DNA of 33,604 bases from Mailhella sp. (lineage in GTDB: Bacteria > Desulfobacterota > Desulfovibrionia > Desulfovibrionales > Desulfovibrionaceae). Position 1 is the first letter of the stretch; every line of letters starts with the position of its first letter. Below, piece by piece: positions 16,180 to 24,506 of this stretch. A program made the translations under genes and the position numbers. The stretch is from assembly GCA_045543435.1 (NCBI GenBank), contig JAZQMJ010000316.1, positions 1 to 33,604 of the forward strand. The letters run 5' to 3'. The notes under the pieces were generated by a model. It did no database searches. It had not been told where the DNA came from and was given only the letters and a program-made list of their open reading frames with translations.

Positions 16180-16944
16180 ATGGACGCTTACTTCCTTCTC
16201 GCCCTGCCCCGCCTGCATGCCGAGCTTGCCGCCCTGCCCGAAGGCGTCGCCACGCTCTGGCCCGGCCTGCCCCGGCGGCCCGAAAGCGCATGGGCTCCGG
16301 CCATGCCCCTTTCGCCCGCCATCGCCTCGGCCTGCCTTGCCGACTACGAACGCGCCTGCCGCGACGGCGCAAGCGGCGCCCCCGTGCACGCCCTCGGCGC
16401 GGAACACGCCCCTGCCGACCTTTCCGACGCCGAACGCCGCGCCCTGCGCGAGATGTCCGGCCTGCCCGCCGAAGCCCCGGAACAGCCGCTCCGCCAGACG
16501 GCCCAGCAGGTGCTCCTGCTCGCCTGGCTCCAGGAAAAGCAGGCCCTCGACATGGCCGAGCTCGAAAAGAAGATAAGCGATTCCCGCCGCTCGCTGGCCA
16601 GCCTCATCTCCGGCCGCACCCGCGTGGGCGAAGCCTCCTTCCTGCCGGACGACAAGGAACTGCCCGACTGGAAGAAAACGCTGGCCGCCGCCCTCGCCTT
16701 CCTGCCCGATATGCCGGAAAACACGGCACTCTGGGTATCCAGCCCGGCCATGGATCAGGCCGTCGCCGAACTGGAGGCCGAAACCGCTCCCGCCGAAAGC
16801 CTCGGCCTGCCCGGCGCCCGCACCCTGAGCTTGAAGGCCGCTGCCCTCGCCGCCCTCTGCGGACGCTCCGCCGCAGAACGCCTCGAACGCGGCCTCGGCT
16901 CTGCCCAGCTCGAACGCTCCCTCATACTCGTCCTGCCGCAATGA
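16180..16944 (+). CDS. Hypothetical protein
   Basis: GAGGAG RBS, host codon usage, ATGA overlap with the next gene. No motif recognised. Confidence 0.7.
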   Translation: MDAYFLLALPRLHAELAALPEGVATLWPGLPRRPESAWAPAMPLSPAIASACLADYERACRDGASGAPVHALGAEHAPADLSDAERRALREMSGLPAEAPEQPLRQTAQQVLLLAWLQEKQALDMAELEKKISDSRRSLASLISGRTRVGEASFLPDDKELPDWKKTLAAALAFLPDMPENTALWVSSPAMDQAVAELEAETAPAESLGLPGARTLSLKAAALAALCGRSAAERLERGLGSAQLERSLILVLPQ

Positions 16945-17663
16945 AAGAATTCACCTTCCATTTCACCAAGAAAGTCATGCCCCATCTCAGCGCAAAAGAA
17001 CTCGCGGACTGGTTCAAGAGCGTCTATGCCTCGAACCGCGGCCTCCCCTCCGGCATCATCTTCGACTGCGACGGCGTGCTCATCGACTCGCGCGACGCCA
17101 ACATCGCCTACTATAATTATCTGCGGAACTACGTCGGCCTGCCGCCCCTGCCCGAGAACATGCACGACTTCGTGCAGGCAGGCACGGTGAACGAAGTGCT
17201 GGACGTCATCATACCCAAGCCCCTGCGCCCCCTCATGCGCGACGCCGTGCGCAAGCTCTCCTACCGGGACGAGATCATGCCGCACATCACCCATTTCCCG
17301 GGCCTGCACGCCGTGCTCGACCTGTGCAGGGCCGCGGGCATCCCCATGGGCATCGACACCAACCGCAGGGACGGCATGGACATCATCTTCGACAACTGCC
17401 GCCTGCACGGCTATTTCGACCCCGTCGTGCTCGTGGACTCCGTGCCCACGCCCAAACCCGCCCCTGACGGAGCCCTCCTCATCGCGGAAAAATGGGGGCT
17501 CGAGCCCTCCTCCCTGCTCTTCATCGGCGACAGCGCGAGCGACAGCGGAGCCGCCCGGGCCGCGGGCGTACCCTTCCTCAGCTTCCAGAACCAGAGCCTC
17601 GACAAGCACTGCATCGCCGGCTACCCCGTCCTCCAGGAAGCCTTGCAATCCTTGGGATTGTAA
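16941..17663 (+). CDS. HAD-superfamily hydrolase (phosphoglycolate phosphatase-like)
   Basis: IIFDCDGVLIDS, DTN, PKPAPDG, FIGDSASD. Confidence 0.9.
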   Translation: MKEFTFHFTKKVMPHLSAKELADWFKSVYASNRGLPSGIIFDCDGVLIDSRDANIAYYNYLRNYVGLPPLPENMHDFVQAGTVNEVLDVIIPKPLRPLMRDAVRKLSYRDEIMPHITHFPGLHAVLDLCRAAGIPMGIDTNRRDGMDIIFDNCRLHGYFDPVVLVDSVPTPKPAPDGALLIAEKWGLEPSSLLFIGDSASDSGAARAAGVPFLSFQNQSLDKHCIAGYPVLQEALQSLGL

Positions 17664-17749
17664 CGTTTTCGTGCTTTACAGCCGAAGATTTATGGTTTAG
17701 GTATTTCCAATTCATCAGGGCATGCCCATGCCCTGCAGGAGGAAAGACC

Positions 17750-18112
17750 TTGACCCCTCAGGAACTTGAATACTTCCGCAATCTGCCCAACCAGATGCTC
17801 GTCGATGCCCAGCGCAACGGCGACTCCACCCTGGAAGAGATGACCGACAGTCAGGCCTCTTACGCCGACCCTTCCGACCGCGCTACCGCAGAGTCGGACC
17901 GCGCCTTCACCCTCCGCATCCGCGACCGTGAGCGCAAGCTCATCACCAAGATCAAGGAAGCCCTCCAGCGCATGGATGACGGCGAATACGGCGTCTGCGA
18001 AGAGTGCGGCGAAGATATCAGCCTTCCCCGCCTCAAGGCCCGCCCCGTCACCACGCTCTGCGTTTCCTGCAAAGCCCGTCAGGAAGAAGGCGAAGAAATC
18101 CGGGGAAGCTAA
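17750..18112 (+). CDS. dksA: RNA polymerase-binding transcription factor DksA
   Basis: TTG start after AGGAGG, DPSDRA coiled-coil tip, C4 zinc finger CEEC...CVSC; 120 aa. Confidence 0.93.
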   Translation: MTPQELEYFRNLPNQMLVDAQRNGDSTLEEMTDSQASYADPSDRATAESDRAFTLRIRDRERKLITKIKEALQRMDDGEYGVCEECGEDISLPRLKARPVTTLCVSCKARQEEGEEIRGS

Positions 18113-18135
18113 ACCCTTTTCTGCGCACCTAGCAT

Positions 18136-19707
18136 ATGGACGCACATCTCTTCCGTCGCTTCTGCGACGAACTCATTCCGCATCTCATGGGGGCCCGCAT
18201 GGAGAAGATCCATGCTCCGGGCCCCAACGTTTATGTATTCGCGCTCTTCGGCGGCCACAGCCGCGAAGGCAAGCGCTTCCTCGTGCTCCGCGCCGACCGC
18301 AAGGCCCCCCTCCTCTTCGTGGCTGACCACCGCATACCGGTGAACGCCCAGCCGCCCGCCTTCGTCATGCGCCTGCGCAAGCACCTCTCCGACCAGCGCG
18401 TCACCCGCGCCGTCTGCCGCTGGACCGAACGCCAGCTCTGGCTAGGCTTCTCCGGCGAGGCCCAGCCCTGGCTCTGCCTCGACCTGCGCGAAGGCCCGGC
18501 CCTCTCCTTCGAAGCTCCCGAACTCTACGACGGCCCGGAATGGCCTGCCGACTTCCTCGCCCTGCCCTCCGAAAGCTGGCGCGAGTGGGACGTGCTCACC
18601 CCGGCCCTGCGCCGCACCATCCCGCACCTCGCCCCCATGGACGCCTGCGCCCTGATAGCCGACCTCGAGTTCGGCGGCGGCGACGTCTTCCTCTACGAAA
18701 GCCCCCGCGAAGACGGCACGACCCGCCACGAAGTCTCCGCGTGGCCGCTCCCGCAGGCCCAGCTCGAAGCCCTTGGCGGCGAGTGGACGGAAACAGTTTT
18801 CGACGATCCCGTGCCCGCCCTCGCCAAGGCAGGCGAATCGCTCGTTTACGGCGGCCTTGCCGAACAGGCGCGCCAGAACGCGGCCAAGCCCTTCGCCTCC
18901 GAAGCCGCCCGCCTCGGCAAGCTCCTCAAGAAGCTCGACGCCGAGCAGGAACGCCTTTCCGCCATGCAGGCCCGCCAGAAGGACGCACTGCTCCTGCAGG
19001 GCCAGCTCTGGAAGTTCGGCGCGCAGGACAAGCTCGATTCCGTCACGCTCGAAGGCGAAGACGGCGACATCACCCTCGCGCTCGACAAGAAGCTCACCGT
19101 GCGCGAGAACATGATGCACATGTTCCATCAGGCCGGGCGCGGCCGCCGCGGCCTCGAACACCTCGAAGCCCGCCGCGCCGCCGTGCGCGAGGAGAAGGAG
19201 CAGGCCGAAGCCGCCGCCCTGCGCGGCCAGGCCGCCAAGACCGGCGTGGGCGCAGGCCCGGATCCGCGCGAAGGCAGGCTCCTTGAAGACAGCAAGGGCC
19301 GCCCCCTGCCTGCCGATCTGCCCAAGCAGGTGCAGGCCTTCCGCAGTTCCGAGGGCTTCCTCATCCTGCGCGGGCGCGACACCAAGGGCAACGGCATAGC
19401 CCTCAAGCTGGCCGCCCCGCACGACTACTGGATGCACACGGCCGACGGCCCGAGCGCGCACGTCATCATCCGGCGCGACCACGCCAATCAGGAAGTTCCC
19501 CAGCGCACCCTGCACGAGGCCGGCATCCTTGCCGCGCTCAAGAGCTGGCAGAAGGACCAGGGCCACGCGGACATCCAGTACTCGCTGGCCAAATTCATCC
19601 ATCCCATGAAGAAGGCCGCCCCGGGCACGGTGCGCATCGACAGGAGCGAAGGCTCGTTCCGCGTGGAGCTCGAGCCCGGCCTTGAAGAAAAACTGAGCCG
19701 GAGCTGA
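18136..19707 (+). CDS. NFACT family protein (RqcH/Rqc2, fibronectin-binding protein A-like)
   Basis: N-terminal MEKIHAP...PPAFVMRLRKHL, coiled coils, and the NFACT-R motif ILRGRDTKGN...DYWMHTADGPSAHVII. Confidence 0.85.
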   Translation: MDAHLFRRFCDELIPHLMGARMEKIHAPGPNVYVFALFGGHSREGKRFLVLRADRKAPLLFVADHRIPVNAQPPAFVMRLRKHLSDQRVTRAVCRWTERQLWLGFSGEAQPWLCLDLREGPALSFEAPELYDGPEWPADFLALPSESWREWDVLTPALRRTIPHLAPMDACALIADLEFGGGDVFLYESPREDGTTRHEVSAWPLPQAQLEALGGEWTETVFDDPVPALAKAGESLVYGGLAEQARQNAAKPFASEAARLGKLLKKLDAEQERLSAMQARQKDALLLQGQLWKFGAQDKLDSVTLEGEDGDITLALDKKLTVRENMMHMFHQAGRGRRGLEHLEARRAAVREEKEQAEAAALRGQAAKTGVGAGPDPREGRLLEDSKGRPLPADLPKQVQAFRSSEGFLILRGRDTKGNGIALKLAAPHDYWMHTADGPSAHVIIRRDHANQEVPQRTLHEAGILAALKSWQKDQGHADIQYSLAKFIHPMKKAAPGTVRIDRSEGSFRVELEPGLEEKLSRS

Positions 19708-19746
19708 CCGGCCCGACCTTGCCGGTACTCCCGGCCGGAGCGATAC

Positions 19747-20808
19747 ATGTCGCAAGAGATACGCCTTTTCGAATCCCGCGCCTTCCTGCTTCTCCTTGCG
19801 GGCGCCACCTGCCTTTTCGGCTGGCTGCTCCTGCCCTTTTTCGACGTCATACTCTGGGCCGTGGTCATCGGCGTGCTGTTCTCGCCGCTGAACCGCACCC
19901 TGCGCGAACGTTTCTGCCTTGGGGGCAACCTTTCCGCGCTCCTCACGGTGCTGGCCAGCCTGTTCACCATCATACTGCCGCTGGCGTGGGTGCTGTATTC
20001 CTGCGCCGTGGAAGGCGTGGCCCTGTACGAGAGGATAGCCGCCGGAAGCTCTTCCATGGCGGAAGCCGTGGACAAGCTCAGCGCGGCCTTCCCCGCCGCC
20101 GTGGAATGGCTGGAGAAATACGGCTACAGCGCGGCCCAGCTGAAATCGTGGATATCCGGCTTCGCGCTCAAGGCTGGCGGCTTCCTAGCGAAGAACGCCG
20201 TCACCTTCACGGGCGGCGCGGCGCATTTCCTCACCAACCTTGCGCTGGTGCTGTACATTTCCTTCTTCCTCGTGCGCGACGGCGGCAGACTGCGCGCCCT
20301 GCTCATCCGCGCCCTGCCCTTCGGCGACCACCGGGAAGAACTGCTCTTCGGCAAGTTCGCGGCGGTCACCCGCGCCACGGTGAAGGGAAGCCTGCTCGTG
20401 GCCATAGCGCAGGGCACGCTGGGCGGCCTGATTTTCTGGCTGCTCGACATACGCGCCGCGCTGGTGTGGGGCGTGGTGATGACCCTGCTCTCGCTCATCC
20501 CCGTGGTGGGCGCGGCTCTGGTGTGGATGCCCACGGCCCTGTACCTGCTGGCCACGGGGCATTACTGGCAGGGCGGCCTTCTCATAGCCTACGGGGCGTG
20601 CGTCATCGGCCTTGCGGACAACATACTGCGGCCCGTGCTCGTGGGGCGCGACACCAAGCTCCCGGACTTCCTCGTCCTGCTCTCGACCCTTGGCGGCTTC
20701 ACCATGTTCGGCATGGACGGCTTCGTCACCGGGCCCATGCTTGCGGTGCTGTTCATAACCGTGTGGCAGATATTCATGGAAGAGAACGAGGAAAAGCGGG
20801 GGAAGTAG
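19747..20808 (+). CDS. AI-2E family transporter
   Basis: FFLVRDG, SLIPVVGAALVWMP, DNILRPVLVG, LSTLGGFTMFGMDGFVTGP. Confidence 0.92.
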   Translation: MSQEIRLFESRAFLLLLAGATCLFGWLLLPFFDVILWAVVIGVLFSPLNRTLRERFCLGGNLSALLTVLASLFTIILPLAWVLYSCAVEGVALYERIAAGSSSMAEAVDKLSAAFPAAVEWLEKYGYSAAQLKSWISGFALKAGGFLAKNAVTFTGGAAHFLTNLALVLYISFFLVRDGGRLRALLIRALPFGDHREELLFGKFAAVTRATVKGSLLVAIAQGTLGGLIFWLLDIRAALVWGVVMTLLSLIPVVGAALVWMPTALYLLATGHYWQGGLLIAYGACVIGLADNILRPVLVGRDTKLPDFLVLLSTLGGFTMFGMDGFVTGPMLAVLFITVWQIFMEENEEKRGK

Positions 20809-20896
20809 AATAAACGCATCCCCCAAAACTAAACCGAGATCTAGCTTTTTCGATAGGCCAATGGTAAATTATCCCTAATAACATGGGAGTTCACCT

Positions 20897-21790
20897 ATGG
20901 CCACCAAGTCTACGCCTAATATTCCTCAATTCTATCAGCTCATTGTCCCCACTTTTTCTGCCTTGAAAGCTTTAGGTGGCTCTGGAGGCAATAACGAAAT
21001 TCTCGATAAAATCATCGAGTTAATGAACCTTCCAGACTCTGTAGTGGATTATCCTCATTTAGGCAGTACCACGATGACAGAGCTTCAGTATCGGCTGGCA
21101 TGGGCCAGAACTTATCTGAAAAAAGCCGAAGTTATCGAAAACAGTACCCGTTCCGTATGGTCGATAACTCCAGAGTTCTCCAATAAGGATACTCTTTCGC
21201 AGGAAGAGCTTGCCGCCATCAGACAAAGAGACCACTCGGCGGAACAACTCAAAAAACTCTGTAAACCAGCACAAAAAGAAAAAAGCTCCGCACTTTCCGT
21301 TCCTGAAATGGAAACTGAATGTCCCGATGAAGTCAAATCGTGGCAGGCAAAGCTATCCGAACTTCTTCACAACATGAACCCATATGGCTTTGAACGTCTC
21401 ACCCAGAGACTTCTCAGGGAATGTGGTTTCGTTCAGGTCGAAGTGACGAAAAAATCCGGAGACGGCGGGATAGACGGCACTGGTAAACTGAAAATCAACG
21501 GCATCTTCAGCTTCAATGTTGCCTTCCAGTGCAAACGATATAGCGGCTCTGTCGGCGCAAGCGAAATCCGCGACTTCCGAGGCTCACTCACAACCAACAT
21601 TGAAAAGGGAATCCTCATCACGACTGGCACTTTTACCAAACAGGCAAAAGAAGAGGCTTCCAGTCCCGGCAAGCAACAAATCGACCTGATTGACGGTGAA
21701 GAATTCATCAACAAAATCGCAGAATTCGGCATTGGCGTCCGTGAGGTCAAAACCTACGAAATAGACGAAGAATTCTTCCAGAAAATTTAA
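20897..21790 (+). CDS. mrr: Mrr-family (type IV) restriction endonuclease
   Basis: Mrr_N (ALKALGGSG...YRLAWARTYLKK) and Mrr_cat (FERL...SGDGGIDG...QCKRY...GILITTGTFT...LIDGEE). AT-richer than its flanks. Confidence 0.9.
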   Translation: MATKSTPNIPQFYQLIVPTFSALKALGGSGGNNEILDKIIELMNLPDSVVDYPHLGSTTMTELQYRLAWARTYLKKAEVIENSTRSVWSITPEFSNKDTLSQEELAAIRQRDHSAEQLKKLCKPAQKEKSSALSVPEMETECPDEVKSWQAKLSELLHNMNPYGFERLTQRLLRECGFVQVEVTKKSGDGGIDGTGKLKINGIFSFNVAFQCKRYSGSVGASEIRDFRGSLTTNIEKGILITTGTFTKQAKEEASSPGKQQIDLIDGEEFINKIAEFGIGVREVKTYEIDEEFFQKI

Positions 21791-21792
21791 CG

Positions 21793-21833
21793 AAAAAAAG
21801 CCCTCCGCAACGTATCAACATTGCGGAGGGCTT
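21793..21833. terminator. Intrinsic terminator between convergent mrr and cinA
   Basis: AAAAAAAGCCCTCCGCAA-10 nt-TTGCGGAGGGCTT. Confidence 0.78.
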
Positions 21834-21840
21834 CCTTATT

Positions 21841-22329
21841 CTATCTTTCCTTCACCCACTCCAGCATGCCGCGTACGGCCTCGGTGACAGTCTGTGCGCG
21901 CACCTCGTCGCGGTCGCCGCAGAACTGGAACTTCCGGGCGCGGGTCTCGCCGTGCAGGCTCCAGCCTATCCACACTGTGCCCACGGGCTTCTCCGGCGTG
22001 CCTCCGCCCGGGCCGGCAACGCCGCTCACCGCGCAAGAGATGTCCGCACCCGTGGCTCGGCACGCGCCCTGCGCCATGCTCCGCACCACAGGCTCGCTCA
22101 CCGCGCCCTGCGCCGCAAGGTCTTCTTCGCTCACGCCCAGAAGCCCAACCTTCACGCTGTTGGCATAGGATATCACGCCGCCCGCATACCACTCCGACGA
22201 GCCGGAAACTGACGTCAGCGCCGCGCCGATGAGCCCGCCTGTGCAGGACTCCGCCGTGGCGCACATCCAGCCGCGCGCCTTCAGCATTTCCGCCAGTCCG
22301 AGGATGAGGGCTTCGGTCTCACTGTTCAT
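21841..22329 (-). CDS. pncC: CinA C-terminal domain protein (NMN deamidase PncC-like)
   Basis: TAESCTGGLI, SGSS, YANSVK, SGVAGPGGGTPEKPVGTVWIG. Confidence 0.88.
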   Translation of the reverse strand: MNSETEALILGLAEMLKARGWMCATAESCTGGLIGAALTSVSGSSEWYAGGVISYANSVKVGLLGVSEEDLAAQGAVSEPVVRSMAQGACRATGADISCAVSGVAGPGGGTPEKPVGTVWIGWSLHGETRARKFQFCGDRDEVRAQTVTEAVRGMLEWVKER

Positions 22330-23245
22330 GGCTTCCTCCTTTCTGGCGGCGTCCGGGCATCTGCGAAAGGACCACGCCGCCCACCACCAGCGCCGCCGCG
22401 CCGTACTGCATCAGCGTCATGTGCTCCTGCAGGAACAGCACGCCCAGAAGGAGCGAACACACCGGCACAAGGTTCATGAAGGCCGTGGCCTGTCCGGCAG
22501 GCATGCCCGTGAGCGCGAAATTATACAGGCCGTAGCCAAGGAACATCACCGCCGCGCCAAGGTAAACGATGCAGGCCAGCGGCATCCACGAGGGCAGGGC
22601 CACTTCCAGCGTCACGGGTTCGAGCGTCTGCGGGAACAGGCAGAGCGAGGAGAAGAACAGCGCGCCAGCGTAGGACATGGCCGCCGTGAGCTGTACCGCG
22701 TTCAGGCGGCGGCTCAGATATTTCGCGCACACCACATAGGCCGAACCGCTGAGTATGGCCAAAAGTTCGAGGAAGTTGCCGAGAAGCGGGTTCGGCGCGC
22801 TCTCCGAAGCCTGCGCCCCAAGGCTCAGCACCAGCACGCCCACGAAGGAGACGGCGAAGCCCAGCCATGTGGCAAGGGGCAGGCGTTCACGCAGGAACAG
22901 CCACGCGCCCAGCGCCACCGCCGCCGGAAGCACGGACATCACCAGCCCGGCCTGCGAAGCCGTGGTGTAGCGCAGGGCATAGCCTTCAAAAATAAAATAG
23001 ACGCAGGGTTCGCACAGGACGGCGAAAAGAAGCACACGCAGTGTCTTCCTGTCCTCGCGCAGGATATGCCACAGCGAACGCGCCACGGGCAGGCAGAGCA
23101 GGGTCGAGGTGAGCATGCGCCCGGCCAGCACCTGCACAGGCGAGAACTCCGAGAGCGCGATCTTGAGAGCGGCGAACGACGAGCCCCAGATGACCACGGC
23201 CACCGAGAGCGCGAGATAATAGACGAAGCGGGAACGCAGTTTCAT
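22319..23245 (-). CDS. DMT/EamA family transporter
   Basis: IWGSSFAALK, FLRERL, FLQEHMT; two EamA repeats; overlaps the pncC start. Confidence 0.9.
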   Translation of the reverse strand: MKLRSRFVYYLALSVAVVIWGSSFAALKIALSEFSPVQVLAGRMLTSTLLCLPVARSLWHILREDRKTLRVLLFAVLCEPCVYFIFEGYALRYTTASQAGLVMSVLPAAVALGAWLFLRERLPLATWLGFAVSFVGVLVLSLGAQASESAPNPLLGNFLELLAILSGSAYVVCAKYLSRRLNAVQLTAAMSYAGALFFSSLCLFPQTLEPVTLEVALPSWMPLACIVYLGAAVMFLGYGLYNFALTGMPAGQATAFMNLVPVCSLLLGVLFLQEHMTLMQYGAAALVVGGVVLSQMPGRRQKGGSHEQ

Positions 23246-23292
23246 GACGGCCTCAAGCTTCTAAGTATTCCAGCAGGATGGATACGGGGGAA

Positions 23293-24273
23293 TCAATGTT
23301 CCGCGCCCGAGCGGGCAAGCATGGCGCCAGCCTCGGCCGCGCCCCAGAGTCCGCTCTGCGGGTGGCGGTTCAGCCACACGGGCACGCGGTTCAGGAACTC
23401 GCCATGCGCTCCGGCCGCCCGAACGAACTCGCGGGCGAACTCTTCGTGGCGCACGAGGCTGGGAGTCTTCTCCGCCACGCCGCCCGCGATGACTACGGCC
23501 TGCGGCAGGAGCGAAAGAGCCGCCATGCGGCAGAAACGGCCGTAGAAGCGCGCGAACAGGCGGCAGGTGTCGCTTGCGGGGAACTCCATGGAAGCCGTGA
23601 AGTGGGCGGGGTTTTCCGCCTTCCCCGTGAAGAACTCATGGAGCTTTGCCAGCCCCGAGCCGGAAAGCACATGGCCCGCCGTGGGCAGTATGGGGCTTTC
23701 GCCCGCGAGGAAGGCCGCGAAGGCGCGCTCTTCCTCGTCGCGGATATCGAAGGGGAAGGACATATGCCCGGCCTCGGAAGGCAGTACGCGGGGGCTTTCG
23801 CCCGGCATGAGCCACGCCGCGCCGAGCCCCGTGCCCGCGCCTACCACGGCCACAGGCGACGCGCTGGTGAATTCGGGAGCATCCGCACCTTCGCCGGGCA
23901 GTATGCGTTCGGCCGTTTCGAGGACAGGGGAAAGGCAGGCCCAGGCCTGCGCCTCGAAGTCGTTCATGAGGCGCACTTCGGCATCGGGGAAGAAATTCCG
24001 TACCTGGTCCTCATCCACCGCGAAGTCGGCGTTGGTCATCTCTATGCGGCCGTCCCGCACAGGCCCTGCGGCGGCGAAGACGACCAGCGAGGCCTTCGCC
24101 AGCGCCGTCCATTCCACGGGCCAGCAGGTGAAAAGCTTGTTCAGCAAATGCGAAAATTCTTCCTGCTTCGACGAGATGACGACGCCGCACTTGTAGACCG
24201 GCTTATGCCCCTCGACGGAAAACATGGAAAAACGGCTGTTCGTGCCGCCTATGTCGGCTGCGAGCATGATCAT
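23293..24273 (-). CDS. glk: Glucokinase (Glk family)
   Basis: LAADIGGTNSRF, AAAGPV, MTN, NDFEAQA, GAGTGLG, PSEAGH. ATG 24273 follows AGGAGG. Confidence 0.9.
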   Translation of the reverse strand: MIMLAADIGGTNSRFSMFSVEGHKPVYKCGVVISSKQEEFSHLLNKLFTCWPVEWTALAKASLVVFAAAGPVRDGRIEMTNADFAVDEDQVRNFFPDAEVRLMNDFEAQAWACLSPVLETAERILPGEGADAPEFTSASPVAVVGAGTGLGAAWLMPGESPRVLPSEAGHMSFPFDIRDEEERAFAAFLAGESPILPTAGHVLSGSGLAKLHEFFTGKAENPAHFTASMEFPASDTCRLFARFYGRFCRMAALSLLPQAVVIAGGVAEKTPSLVRHEEFAREFVRAAGAHGEFLNRVPVWLNRHPQSGLWGAAEAGAMLARSGAEH

Positions 24274-24366
24274 GGATGCCTCCTGTTCACATCCCGCCGA
24301 ATAACACACAACTTTCAAGATTGCCATACCAAAGCAAAAAGGATACAATTTGCCCTTGCGAGGGTC

Positions 24367-24421
24367 TTTCGTTTTCGAAAAGCTCATTTTCACGGTTTTC
24401 GTTAGATGTTCGAAAACGAAA
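24367..24421. promoter_or_regulatory. 13-bp inverted repeat in the glk/glucan-operon divergent region
   Basis: TTTCGTTTTCGAA (24367-24379), a 29-nt spacer, then TTCGAAAACGAAA (24409-24421). Confidence 0.45.
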
Positions 24422-24506
24422 ATCCGCCATTTCGGCGGCAGGCGCAGAAAACCCGTGCGCCCCAACATTTTCCTGCCGGGCAGGCCCAAAGGTCCCAGAA
24501 CAGTAT

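Noticed and set aside
16290-16940. Long N-terminal extensions given by the ORF track for the HAD gene (and for dksA, glk, GDE and GT4)
   Set aside because: They overlap upstream genes or promoters; better RBS-linked starts lie downstream.
17783-17791. Proline (RNLPNQML) in the first DksA helix, suggesting a defective allele
   Set aside because: One base from Leu (ccc vs ctc). A variant cannot be told from an assembly error without reads, and all functional motifs are intact.
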